A stretch of 64,000 nt of DNA from Euglena gracilis (GCA_039621445.1 CP154954.1:44929847-44993846); one strand, 5' to 3'; shown: positions 13,040 to 25,682, counted from the first letter of the stretch. The notes: generated from the letters alone by a model not told the origin. Numbers and translations: made by a program.

Positions 13040-14690
13040 CTGGAACGGACAAATTCTTCAGACCATTGACCGAGCCAGCACAACACTGCAAGGGATACAA
13101 CTACATTTTGCAGAGGCGCGCGAGATCATTTTGGTTGTCAGGTCATCATTGCATGATTTGATTGATGCAAAACGCATTGACGTATTTTGGGAGGCAGTGG
13201 AAGTTGCGTCGTGCAAAAGTGGAGTTGACGACCCAACTCTCCCAAGGACAAAGAAAGTTCAAGGTGGGGCGACTACTATGAAAGAGCATTTCCAAGCAAA
13301 GTATGTCTCCTACATTCAATCAATTGTTAAGAATTTGTCGGAACGGTTTGTCGACTCAGAAGTTGCACACAGGCTGTTTCTTTTTTGTTTTGTTTCTTCA
13401 CTTCAAAATGGTTGTTTTTTGGCGTGATTGTTTTGTTGGCGTGTTTGCTTTTTTGGCATGGTTATTTGGGAAGGCAATGAACGTAAGCAGCATGGCGGCA
13501 AACCACATTTTGGCCATTGAAAACTTCTTGGTTCATGGTGACACAGGGTTGATCAATTAACTGACTGTTTTGGGTCAACCGATTAAATTAACTGCCCCCC
13601 TCGGTTAACCGATTAACCGATCTCCTGCAAGAGAAAGAAACTCAAACAGCATTTGAACAAAATTCCTCCAAAATTTTTTCTAGCGAGAAGAAAAGGTATG
13701 TCACCTGTCCAGATATTCAAAGCCTTTAACCGATTGGTTAACTGACCTCCCCCTCGACTAGTCGATTAACTGGGGGGGTCGTAGTCGATTAACCGAACTT
13801 TGGTTAACCATACAACCCTGGGTGACAAGGAGAACTTCACGAAGCTGCTGGCATTCTATGGGGACGATTTGGAGCAACCCACTTCCTTGGAATTCGAGCA
13901 ACAGATGCTTCACCCAAGGCCTCACTTCAAAATGAGACCAAGGGGGGTGTCGGGAAGGTGTATTCTCGAGGATTTTGTTGTCCAAGTCTACCAGTCCGGT
14001 CACAGGTTCTGTTTCCTGCGCACCCCTGTAACTTACCTGGACAAGGGAGGGGGGTCCAACTGAACTGGACTACCTGGATGTATGTGGGGATGCAAAACAT
14101 AAGGATTGCCTTGTTGGCAACATATTTGCAAGGACAAGAAGATGCAGCTTCGAAACTTTGCAGACATTGTGGACTTCCTCCGCAGTGCCCCTGGAGCCAG
14201 AGCCTTTTTTATGACTCCAACTTCTTGTGGTGACACCTTCCATTTTTGCCTTGAGGTAAACAGCGGATTTTCACCCTCTCCCCTCTTCAAATTGACCATG
14301 TCACTGAGGTTCCAAATAGCACCCAATTTAACTTTTTTTTTGCCTGTACACTTTGTGCTCTAACACATGACCCAAACAATGTTCTGGATGGCAATCCGCG
14401 CCATATTACCATTGGTGGTTGCGATGGTGAGGTTGTGTCTGACCATTCCGATCTCTTCCGCAACCGCCGAGCGTTCATTCTCCACCCTGCGGCGTTTGAA
14501 AACTTACCTTCGCTCCCAAGTTGGACAAGCACGCCTTGGATAGCATGGAAAAGTGGTTGACAAAATTTCCTTCAAAGATGCAATCCGCCCCAATTTTTTT
14601 TTGAGGATAAGGAAGATTTGTATAGACACCTTACTTGATGAATTCATCTTGAAAAACACAGCACGCTCTTCGACCTTTGCACTGTCCCAC
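13040..14690 (+). pseudogene. Interrupted hAT transposase relic (ZMYM1/Tip100-like)
   Basis: Colinear segments: ILQTIDRASTTLQG...FW...GVDDPTLPR...YIQSIVKNLSERF (13050-13350), NHILAIENFL, ENFTKLLAFYGDDL, FADIVDFLR, then VRLCLTIPISSATAERSFSTLRRLKTYLRSQVGQARL (14425-14538, hAT dimerisation domain) and DEFILKN. There is an in-frame TAG after ARLG. Confidence 0.8.
13544..13820. mobile_element. MITE inserted in the hAT relic (CAGGGTTG...CAACCCTG, 7-bp TSD GGTGACA)
   Basis: Terminal inverted repeats and a flanking direct repeat are visible; removing it restores HGDKEN in frame. Confidence 0.75.
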
Positions 14691-15741
14691 TGGTTGCGTC
14701 CCAGCTTGCCTCCCATCAGTTGCTCGTGGCAATCCATGCCCTTTAGTGGAGGAGAATAGTTTGACAGTTAGAATTTTTTTTTACCGTGGCTGGAAAATTT
14801 TTTCAGAAGTCTCGCCCCCCCCCCCCCTGAGAAAAATTTGTTTCTACACCAATGCCCGTGATCCAAGTTGAGAGTAATGATGAGGCAGCCACCAATACCG
14901 ATGCTTGCAAGGACAATGGCTTTGGGATTACGCCCAAGGGATAGACGATAAGGCACACTCCAGGGCTGGATAGAGGTAGAGGTAGAGGTCAAAGTCCTCT
15001 ACCTCTATCTGACCCACCTCAACCTCTACCTCTACCTCTATGTCACCTCTATGTCCATAAAATGTCATAAACTGGCACCAATGAGGGCCACAAAACGCTC
15101 CAAATGCCTCAAATTTGGCAAATTAGCATCTCAACCCATCATATTTAGGTTAGGAATGAGAAAAAATATCTGGATGGGTGGTTTCAAAAAAAGCCATAAG
15201 AGATTTGTGACAAGAATGGCCAATTTCGGATTTTTTCCCATAAAATTGCCTTCGTTCGGCATAAATTTTCTTTGATAAGCCACTTTCCTTTTAAGTTTGA
15301 CATTGAGGTGACATGTAGAGGTGGAGGTGACCTCTACCTCTACCTCAACCTCTACCTCTGCCTCAGCGGTGTCGGAACAATTTTTTCCCGGGGGGGGCGA
15401 GGAACCGACAAAATTTGGAGCACGTCCTTTTTTTCCCCGGCGCGAAGCGCCGAGGAAATTTTTTTTTTTCATGGCACAACCAAAATGTACTTTTTTCTGT
15501 CCCCCTGGCCCCGAAGGGGCCGAGACGCTAACGCCTTTTTTGAAGTCCAATGCTCCAAAAACTTGAGCTAGAAAGTGAAATCATGGGTAGAACCCCTAAA
15601 TTTGTAATTTGACACCAAATTAAGGACTCACCAAGCCCAAATTTGAAAAATTTACGCCTCAAAATTAGGAATCTGCCCCAGAATTTTATCAAATTAGGCA
15701 TCACCAGCCAATATTTTTCCCGACAAAATTTCGCCGAAAAG

Positions 15742-16177
15742 CATAGCTGGCGTTTTTTTTGTTTTTTTTAAAAAAAACGTTTTTTTTGTTTTTTATTAAA
15801 AAAAACGGGCAAAAAAAACGGCAAAAAAAACAAAGGGGAAAATGATGGTCCAAATTTTGCCTTTGATCGCAAGGGTGAACCAATCTTAGCTCGAATGGCA
15901 TGAAAACCAATACTTTTGGTTGTCTTCAACAAGAATGGTCAAAATAGGGCATTTTTCTGCCATTTTGGCTTCAAACCATTCCAAACTAAGTTGAAACATC
16001 CCAAATTTGGAGCCTTTCTCTGACCGAGGATGGGCAAAAAAAGCTAAAATTAAAGGCAAAAATTTTTTTTGCCCTGGACCCTCAATGGCGTTTTTTTTGT
16101 TTTTTTTTTAAAAAAACATGTTTTTTTTAAAAAAACGTGTTTTTTTTGACTTCGTTTTAAACGAAGTGCCAGCTATG
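15742..16177. mobile_element. MITE copy 1 (TIR CATAGCTGGC)
   Basis: Near-identical to 17477-17893; ends CATAGCTGGC / GCCAGCTATG. Confidence 0.85.
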
Positions 16178-17476
16178 GTGTTGTGGTTGTCAAAATATCT
16201 TGGACAGCCCCGTGCCGCCGGGTAATGAAGTTTGATTTGCAGCAAACGAGGTGGTGTCCTAGAAAATCTGATTGTCCAAATCATTTAGGACAGAGGTTGG
16301 GATCGGATTCCATTGGTGTGAGAGTCATTCCGAGGGACCAACAAAGTGTGCAGCGGAACTCAGCCGTGGGCAACAGGGTGCGGAGTCCTTGAGATGGTGT
16401 CAAAGCGGCCCATGCCATAGCGTGTGGTTGGCATTGGCTTGCAAAGCGTACAACATCAGGTCCATTCAATGTGTCCCGAAGTGTTTTCTGGCGGGCAAGC
16501 ATGCTCTGCTGATTCCACCAACGTTGTGAATTGTGTGGAGACTGTGCCTGAGAGATCAAGTTTTTGTCACTGGCCCATTGTGGCAGTGGGGCCATTTGAC
16601 CAAGTTCATTGAGGGCTGTCCGCAAACAATCATCAGCGTCTTTGGGAAGGATGTCCATGGCTGCAGGCAAGCCCAAGACAGAGGGAGCTCTTCGACAGAA
16701 GTCCACCACTTGAGACAATCTGGCAGGCACACGTTGAAATAGTGGATCGGAGATTCCCAGTCCACCGCATCTGATGGCCAGGGAAACTTGCAACCATTCT
16801 TCTGGGGTGCAAGGGAGATCAGGCAGTGAACTTTGGGTTTTTCGGGCGGGACCCCCCCACCCCCCCCCTCTTCATTGGAAATACATGGCGGTGAACTTCA
16901 CCGGTGAACTTCACCGGTGAAGTTTCGCCATGAAAATTCCTTTAGGGGCGAAGCCCCCAACCCCCCCCACCCCACCACCCCTGCCTAACCTCCAAGGGGA
17001 GCCGACCATGCTACTGAATGTTTCCCGAATAATTCCCGACAATGTCTTGCATGCCGCTGTTGCAGAGGCTATTTTGCAGGCGCGCAAGAGGTCATTCACT
17101 TTGCAAGCGGATACACAAAAACGAAGCAAGGTGAATTGCACATGTGATTGAGGTAGGTGCTGAAGGACTGTGCAAGAACGGATGTCTTCAATGTCGGATG
17201 TCTTCAATGCGCTTATTCCAAACTTCTTCACAGAAGCGGTCATCTTGGGGGTGGTGGACAGGGACCCCCCAAACTTTCAAACCAGAACCAGCAACAAAGG
17301 CGGTCAGTGGTATTTGGTGTAAGGGGCTGTCCTGTGGCGTGCCAGGGGGAATGCAAGGGACACCTTCTGTTGATGTGAACGCTGGTCCCCACAATCGACA
17401 TTTTGCAGGGTTCACGGCCAACCCAAGCGTGGCTGCCTCCCGAATCAGAAAGGCAAGGGCATTGTGCAGTTGGGCT
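16178..17476 (-). mobile_element. Non-LTR retrotransposon fragment, CRE/R2-like (RT C-terminus to zinc knuckle), degenerate
   Basis: VNPAKC, GLKVWGVPV, LLRFCVSACKVNDLLR, QVSLAIRCGGLGI, then CPK*...DFLGHHLVCC...ITRRH; contains frameshifts and a ~170-bp insertion at ~16818-16990. Confidence 0.75.
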
Positions 17477-17893
17477 CATAGCTGGCGTTTTTTTTGTTTT
17501 TTTTTAAAAAAAACGTTTTTTTTGTTTTTTATTAAAAAAAACGGGCAAAAAAAACGGCAAAAAAAACAAAGGGGAAAATGATGGTCCAAATTTTGCCTTT
17601 GATCGCAAGGGTGAACCAATCTTAGCTCAAATGACTTGAAAACCAATACTTTTGGTTGTCTTCAACAAGAATGGTCAAAATAGGGCATTTTTCTGCCATT
17701 TTGGGATGTTTCAACTTGAAACATCCCAAATTTGGTGTCTTTCTCTGACCGAGGATGGGCAAAAAAAGCTAAAATTAAAAGACAAAAATTTTTTTGCCCT
17801 GGACCCTCAATGGCGTTTTTTTTGTTTTTTTTTTTTTTTTTAAAAAAAAACGTGTTTTTTTTTGACTTCGTTTTAAACGAAGTGCCAGCTATG
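17477..17893. mobile_element. MITE copy 2 (TIR CATAGCTGGC)
   Basis: Direct-orientation duplicate of 15742-16177. Confidence 0.85.
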
Positions 17894-19269
17894 CCGAAAA
17901 GGGTCCTTGTTCGGGTCACGGGGGGGGGGGTCGGCACGCCGTGGCGAGGTTTCCGGCTACGGGGGGGGGGAGGGGGGGGGTTTGTCGTTTTTTGGCGCGG
18001 AGAGGGGGGTCGATGGGGGGGGGAGGGGGGCGCGGGGGTTTTCAAAGAAAATTTTCTTTGGCGCGGCTGACATGGCGTGGCGAGGGGGTCTGAAAAGGGG
18101 GGGGAGGGGGGGGTAAAATGGCGTGGCGAGGGGGTCGGGGAGGGGGGGGGGAGGGGTGTGCCGACCCCCCGGGGGGGGGGGGGCACGGGGGGGTCACAGG
18201 GGAAACACCCCCTATCAGTTTGTATTCAAACGGCCAAGTTGAAAGTGGTTTGTGGGGTCCCAAAAAACAAAAAGCACCAAAGGAGGGGGAAAAAAGTCGG
18301 TTTGTGGCCAAAAGCCAAACCGGACGCCGGGTTTTGGACAGAACCGGCGTTCCTGACGCCAGGTTTTAGGACAGAACCGGCGTCCGGAAAACCCGTGGGG
18401 GGGACGCCGGTTCTGTCCTGAACCCGGCGTCTCAAACGCCGGTTTAAACATCAAGAAGTGCCGTGCGGTTTTTTCAAGGATTTTTATTTCGGCCGCCAAA
18501 GGCGGCCGAGACGGTAATGGATTTTGCAATTTCATTCTCCAAAAATGTGCTTTTAACTGGCGAGGTGGCTGCCAAAGGCAGCCGAGACGGTAACGCCCTT
18601 TGAACCATTGAACATGGCATTACAAAGAAAAATATCACATTCATGCTGCAAAAAAAAAATCTCTTTCCAAAATCCCGGGGGGGGCGGCCGCCCCCCCCGA
18701 CCCCCCCTTGTGACACCTATGCTCTGCCTCTATCCCTCTACCTCTATCCAGCCCTGCACACTCAGACACATCCCCTTCCTCAAAGAACAATCTGACTCCC
18801 GGCAAAAGGTCCCAGACGAGGCATGGGCGTAAAGAGACGTTTTCAATGCCGATGACAAAGGGACAAAAAAATAAAGAGCCCAAAGACCTGGACCGGCAGG
18901 CCATGCGGTGAAGAGCCCGCATGAATTGAAGAAAGCATGGTTTTGGCCAGGGTCGGTCGGCATGGGTATTTCCTACTCAGTTTTTTTTTGCATTGTAGCG
19001 CCGTAGGCAACTGTTCGGCGGCCCTAAAATAATTAAAAAAAAAACAAAAGTGTGCAACTCATTTTGTGTATGTTGTGCTAATTTTGTATGTCGCGCACTT
19101 TTTGACAACGACCGACCCACGACCGAGGGCAACCAAGGGTGACCGAGGCGACTGTGGGACGACCATGGTCGACCCCCACAACCCCCCCCCAGGCCAAAGT
19201 TACCCCCCCCCCCCGGTCCCCCCAAAGCCCCCACGATGCTTGGCCACAAGGCGATTTTCGGTTTAGAGC

Positions 19270-19640
19270 CTAAGGGTGTGGATGCCCATTTTTTACCATA
19301 CCATTTTACCATGTTGCAGTCTATTTCTTCGTACAATGGCCAAGAAGGCAGCACACACTATGGACAGAATGTTGCCCCATCCCCCAAAAGTTGCTGAATT
19401 TTTAGCCACACTAAAACAGGGATGGACTAAAAACTTGAACCCTGTTCAGGATCCCTTGCATGGTAGCCTGGCAGAGGCAACCAAAAAGAAAGCATCCGGA
19501 ACGGAAGGAACGGGGCAAGCCGCATATGCACACCTTCTCAGGTTTGAGGATGTGTGCATTGCGCTTCTATGACGAATTGCATCCTTTCCTTTGTGCATGA
19601 GGTGCTTGGGTGATTGATCCCCCACTGTTGTTTGATGGGC
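19270..19640 (+). pseudogene. Transposase-like fragment, paralogue of 11500-11910
   Basis: MAKKAAHTMDRMLPHPPKVAEF...DPLHGSL...HLLRFEDVC, then a frameshift or stop and AWVIDPPLLFD. Confidence 0.5.
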
Positions 19641-21241
19641 AAGCGGTCATGTCCCCCCTCGCTCCCCTTGCCGTGATATGAATGGTGGGTGAAAAAAAAA
19701 AGCCCCAAAATGATGGAACTCTCAGTTCGCTACTGCAAGGCAAGCAAAGCCGAGCAAGACCCTGCCACCGATGGAACAAGTGAGGTTTCAAAGTCAGTGC
19801 CCACATGCAATGGCTTGGGCATCGGCAGTAACCCTTACCAGCCGTGTCATCGCGCAGCAGCTGAACCACAGACGGCAGGCCTCACCATGCAGCAGGTTGA
19901 GCATTGGGCATGAGGAGGGGCGGGGGGCTGCGCGATCATCGGTCTCCCACCGGCAGAGGGCGAGAGGGTGGGGACGGTGGGCTGGTGTGAGGCGGGGGGT
20001 GAGAAAGATAGTGACGGTTTTTGGCCAGCGAAAAGCGCGTGCTTTTTCGCACTTGGAATTAGAATGTTGGGAAATCTTTGGATTTCTCCAGCACTCAAAA
20101 AAAAAAGCCCTCAATGAGCCAAAGACCTCAACTTCACGATTCAAGCTGACTTGAAGAAAAAGAAATGGGTTTTTCTTCCACTTCAAGGATGTTTTGCAAC
20201 GGAGTTTTTTTTTGGGTGCCTGTTGATATGCTTGGATCACTTGGGTGCCGCTCTCTCTTCACAATGGCGGTTCACGGCAGCATTTCCTTTTCCAAGACTT
20301 TTTCTTCATTCTTAGGTCCCCATTCGAATGATTTGTGAGATGATTCGGAAAAATTTGTTGTCATAAAAAAGAGACTTCAAATGATTCAATCCCAAAACAT
20401 ATTTCCCATAAATTATCAACACTGCTAATAAAAAATAACAATACACCTGTGAAATAAAATAACAATAAAGCATAGGAGTGGTACACAGGGAGGGGGGGCG
20501 GACCCTCCCTGTTCACTTCCGAACTGAACTAGACGTGTTGACTTCCCGGAGGGGGGGGAGTGGGGGTCCGGCGCCGAAGGCCCCGGAAATTTTCTTAAAA
20601 AACTGCCTTAATCGGTGCGCGCCGGTCCTTCCGGTTTTTGGTTTTCCCGGAAGTGAACAAGTCGGAACAAGTCGGGGATACTATCGGGAGGGGGGCACCG
20701 GGCTGTTTTTAAACAAGTTGTTTAAAACAGGTTTTTTCCTATTTGTAGTGTTTTATTAAAAAAAACACCCTTTTTTAAAACAACAGAAAACGGTTTAAAA
20801 ATCCTTTAGAAATGCAAGCATTCTGCATCACGAGAGGCAGAAACCCCCCCCCTCCATGCCCATTCGAGCCTCAAATAACAAAATCCCTTCTGTGTTGGCA
20901 ACATACTCGGGGGCTAAGTCGAAGCTCACTTTGGCACAGGCGGGGGGCCCCCCCCCCCCCCCCCCCCCGCACCCCCCCCCTCAAATAACAAAATCCCTTC
21001 TATGTTGGCAATAGACTTGGAGGGAGAAGTCCTTTTTGTGCAAATTTTGACTTATATTGAAAATCCAATGGGGAGAGGTGTTCTTTTGTCAAAAGTGGCC
21101 CAAAATGGACATTTTCCCCATTTTTTTTTGCATACCATGTCCCCCCCCCTTACTGTTCCCGTCCCGTGGCCCCCTTTTGGGTCCATGGGAACAGTAAGGG
21201 GGGGGGAACAGTAAGGGGGGGGGACAAGCTCCCCCCCCCTT

Positions 21242-21884
21242 AATCGACCGACACTAACGGATTCCGCAGGGGCGCCGGGCACGAGAGAGCGAAGCGAGCT
21301 GCCCGGCGCCCCTGCTGAATCTGTTAGTGTCGGGCGATTTTTCTAAAACCTATTTTGTCTTGGGCCCGACGCCTGTCTTGATATTCATTCGACCGAACCG
21401 CCTGGACGGAAATATGGTCAAAAAAGGGGTCTTTGGCCCATTAACGGGCGCCTGAATGGAACTGACATAAACGGCGCCTGAATGGAAATTGACTGACATA
21501 AACGGGCGCCTGAATGGAAATCGACCGACATAAACAATTTCAGCCTGAATGGAAATCAAGTGACACAAACGGATTCCGATGTCTTGAAAATCGACCAACC
21601 TTTTGTTTCCTTTTTTGAATGCCTTTTTGTTCCGTTTTGGGACGTTGTAAGTTTCAGCCTGAAATCCGTCAATGTCGACCAACCTTTTGTCTCTCTTTTT
21701 TCGGAATGCCTTTTTCTTCCATTTTCAAAGAAACAATCTCTATATCAAGAATTATATCCGCAGAAACAGACTCAGCGTTTCGAAACACAGACTCAGGTCA
21801 GAGTCTGCGTTTTTTTTAGAAACACAGATTTTGACCAAAGCCATGTTGCCATGAACACAGGCGTCGAGCCCAGAAAATAGGTTT
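21242..21884. mobile_element. Element with a ~40-bp-arm terminal hairpin plus subterminal inverted repeats (Helentron-like layout)
   Basis: Hairpin at 21242-21339; inverted repeats at 21346-21376 and 21857-21884; internal AACGGGCGCCTGAATGGAA repeats. Confidence 0.5.
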
Positions 21885-24800
21885 AACATTGCCAAATCAC
21901 TCCTCACCCGAAAGCTTTTCTTTCAGATGACCAGTGATGACAATTGGTTCAGGACAAATTTGCCGAATGCTTTTTCTGAAGTTCCAGAAAATGATAATCT
22001 TAAGTTCCGTCCTTCCGTCTATTCCATCCAAAGTTCAGCCAGCTGTGATCACATGACCACAAAATTTGGTTTTTGTCTGGTCCATAACGCCTCCACAACC
22101 TCATAGGACAAAAATGTCGAAAAAAAGGGAAAACCAAAATGTCCAAAAAGTCACTAAAAATTCCCAATCTGACCAGCAACAGATTTCAAGTAAAATAGCC
22201 CCGCACCCCTCCCCCTCCTCCGGGACCCTCTCCCCCCATAGCCGATGGGTTCGCCATGGTGTGCTGACCGTATGGTGGCTAGGTTGGAATTGGATATATT
22301 TTTCTTCAATACATTCCTCACTGCAGCTATGTTTTATGTCCAAGCTCTTATATTCAGTTCTCAATGGCTTGTTTTTCTGAGCATTTCCCCAAAAGCAACA
22401 AATGCATTGTCAGATGACGTCATATCAAAATTGCGAACCAGGGCCACCGCGCGTTGCCCTTTTAAAATCCTCTTCGCCAATTTTTATTTTCTTCTTGATT
22501 CTGATTCTTTTGAATTGTGTGGTTGATTTCCAGGTTCATTGATTTGATTTCTTTTGCCATTCTTGGCACCATTCCCCAAATGTTCCGTAACAATGTGTCC
22601 CGATGAAAGTGGTTAGAGGTTTTGTTCTGGAGCAGGATCCATTTTGATGGCACTCCGCCTGGTGCTTTGGGAAGATAGGGAAGGCACACCATGCCCTCCC
22701 CCCGAATTATTCCCATTCCAAGAGACCACTTTTCCCAGATGGGAATAGTTGGGGTGGGGAACAGTTGGGGGGTTTCCTTTATTGGAAAGAAAAATCTCAA
22801 AAATTTCGCCGCTTCACGGCGTTCCTTCAAAAAATGCCAACACCCCCACTATTCCCAAAGGCCAATGGGAATACCCTCACCCCCCCGCCCCCTCAAAGTG
22901 GCCACCCTCCAGGCACTGGGGGGTTGGAACCCCCCCCCCCCCCCCCCCTCTCCGAGGGGCTCGCCACGCCATTTCCCCCCCCCCTAGCCGGACCCCCTCG
23001 CCCCGCCACCTGTTACATTTTTGATGTTGCAACCATGGTACACCCCTCCCCCCCCATCCGAGACCCCCCGGTCGGAAAATCGCGGGTGACCAAATTGCGG
23101 GTCGGGCCGACCATGGGGGGGTGTGATCCCCATGTCCCCCCCCCCGTGTCCCCCCCGTGTCCCGCACTTCAGGGGGGTCCCTAGAAGGCGGCCAAGGCAA
23201 CATATAGTATAAATTTTCAGCTGTTTGGCATCATTTTCCACGGTTTTTCATGGATTCTCAAGGCCATCTGACTTTCCCCCACCCACAATACCTTTTTTTT
23301 CACCTAGGATGGCCTGGAGCTTGGCTCGGGGTCAATGTGAAATGAATTTTTGGTCCCTCAAAAAGTCGCAAATTTCGTCCCGGAGTCGAAATTAGGTCCC
23401 GAAAAGAGGCATGTTTCCCCGTGTCCCCCCCCCCCCAGGTCCCCCCCCCCCGTGTCCCCCCGTGTCCCGCCCCACCCCCTGGTCGGGCCGACCACCTGGT
23501 CGGCCCGACCATGGTCGGCCCGGCATGCTCACAAAACGGTCCGGTAGCGAAGGGATTTTGTTATTGGGGGTGGGGGGGGGGGCGGTAGCCCCCCCCCCCC
23601 CGCTTGACGACCAAGGGCGCCGAAGGCGCCCTCCGACAATGGGTGTCTGGTTGCGCGTGCTCACAAAACGGTCCGGCAGCAAAGGGATTTTGTTACCACC
23701 TCCCCCCCCTAATTGAACCCTAATTGACCAAACGCCCCAGGGAAAATTTTTCAACCCCCCCCCCCCCAATTGACTGCCCGGGGGGATTCCGTGCTGAAGC
23801 ACCCCCTATTTGAAGGTACCCCCGGGGGGCTTAAAAATTTTTTTAGAGGGGGGGGGGGTGGACTTAAAATTGGTGGTCGGCCCGACCACCAATGGTTAGT
23901 AGACTTGGTCGCTAGCGACTAGTCGCTAGCGACCACCAAAAAGTCCATCACCAATTTCCCGCAATGAGCCCCCCCCCCCCTAATTGACCGTGGGGCCTCT
24001 CCGCGGGACCCCCTTTTGGTCAATTCCCCCCGAAAATTTTTTCATTCAAATATGAAAGAAAATGACTCAAAACGCGAACTTAGTCGGCCTACGGCCTCCT
24101 CCGGGGGGGCTGCCCCCCCCCCCCCGCCCCCCCCCCCCCCAAATAACAAAATCCCCTTGTGTGTGCAAGGCAAAGATGGCCGAGTCGCGCTTCGTAATGA
24201 ATGTAGTCTTGTGTGTGCAAGGCAAGGATGGCCGAGTCGCGCTCCCAGGCTATTGTAAATGCTATGGTTTCATAGAACAGGCCCAAAGAGAAGATATTAC
24301 ACGAAAATTTTTGCAAATTGACCCCCGAATGGGGGTTTTGGAAGGCATTTGGGTGGGTTTTGAGTCATTTTCTTTTATATTTGAATGAAAAAATTTTGGA
24401 GGGGGGGGCTTAAAAAATTTTAGAGGGGGGTGGTGGACTTAAAATTGGTGGTCGGAGCGACTAGTCGCTCCGACCACCAATGGTTGTTAGCGACTAGTCG
24501 CTAGCGACCCTAGCGACAAGTCGCTAGCGACCACCAAAAAGTCCATCACCAATTTCTCGCTCGGGGCCGGGGGGGGGGGGGGTGGTGTTGGGGGCGGGGG
24601 AGGTGCGGGGGGGGGGGGGGGGGGGGCTGTTGGGGTTGAACAAAAATCAAATCTCCGCGCGTTTATGCACGCTAGGTTGGGTATATGCAAAGACAATGTT
24701 TTTCCGCAGGGGGGGGGGCTTAAATCTCCAGAAGGGGGGGGGGTGCGGAATATTGTGGGTCGGCCCGACCCACACAGGTCAATAAGCCACCCACACTGGT

Positions 24801-25267
24801 CGGGCTGACCATAGGTCGGCCCGACCCGCAATTTGGTCACCCGCGATTTTCCGCACGGAGCTGAGACCCCCTCGCCACGCCATTTTCCCACCATTTCCCC
24901 CCCCCCTATTCGAACCCCCTCGCACCAACCCCCCACTACGGGACCCCAAAACGGCCACTCTGGAGGGAGGGGACACTTTGGGGGGTCAATTTTCAGGCTT
25001 CGGCACTTTCGGCGCCAAAAGAAATGGCCACTTTAAGGGGGGTAAACCAAATTTGCCAAAAAGTTTTGGCCACTCTGAAGGGGGGGGAACACTTTGAGGG
25101 GGGGGGGTGAGGGTAGTTGGGGGGGGGCATGGTATTTGCCCCCCGCCGAGGGGGGGGGGGCAGCGCGGTAAAGGGGGCCATGGTCGACAAAAAGAGGGTG
25201 TATGAGGTGTGTCCCACCCCCTTCAATGTTCTATTGTTGTTGTTTTCCCATGAAACAACCTGTCCGT

Positions 25268-25408
25268 GGCTTGCCAATTTCAGGTGACATTGTTTTTGAT
25301 TCAAAGGGCAGCGTTTGCAGAGAGGGTTGGTCTTTCTCAGTGGGGCAAAACTCGGCCACCAAACGCAATCTCACCAGTATGTGTGGCTTCAAACCTCCGG
25401 CAGATTAC
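25268..25408 (+). CDS. C1A peptidase gene A, propeptide exon (upstream signal-peptide exon not found)
   Basis: EGWSFSVGQNSATKRNLTSMCGFKPPADY aligns with gene B EGWTFAVGRNAATGRRLADLTGLAPPPDF. The downstream intron starts AAC-CAGTCTTC, pairing with GAAGCCTG at 28938-28945. Confidence 0.7.
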
Positions 25409-25682
25409 AACCAGTCTTCTTTGCACACCAGCCTTTAACATTATAGAAATGTTGATTCCCTAGATTCAGTGGGCGGGCATGAAAATGTTTGAATTTGCCA
25501 CTATTATGCCCCCCCACATAAGTCCTTTGGACGGGACCGCATAAGACCCCCCCTGGGGTTTTGTCTCTTGGGCTCTTGGGCTTCTGGGGGGTCTTACATG
25601 GGGGGGGGGGCATGGTGATGACCTTGAAATGGTCCAAATGTAAAACAAATGAGAACACCAACACAAAATTGCTTGTGTTGGT

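Larger units (their letters stand above)
14961..18756. mobile_element. TIR element with nested insertions (CAGGGCTGGATAGAGGTAGAGG...CCTCTACCTCTATCCAGCCCTG-type ends)
   Basis: ~21-bp terminal inverted repeats, CACACTC on both flanks, GTAGAG subterminal repeats. Confidence 0.7.

Noticed and set aside
24240-24300. GFIEQAQRE as an upstream exon of gene A
   Set aside because: No supporting terminal stem and adjacent to a local tandem duplication
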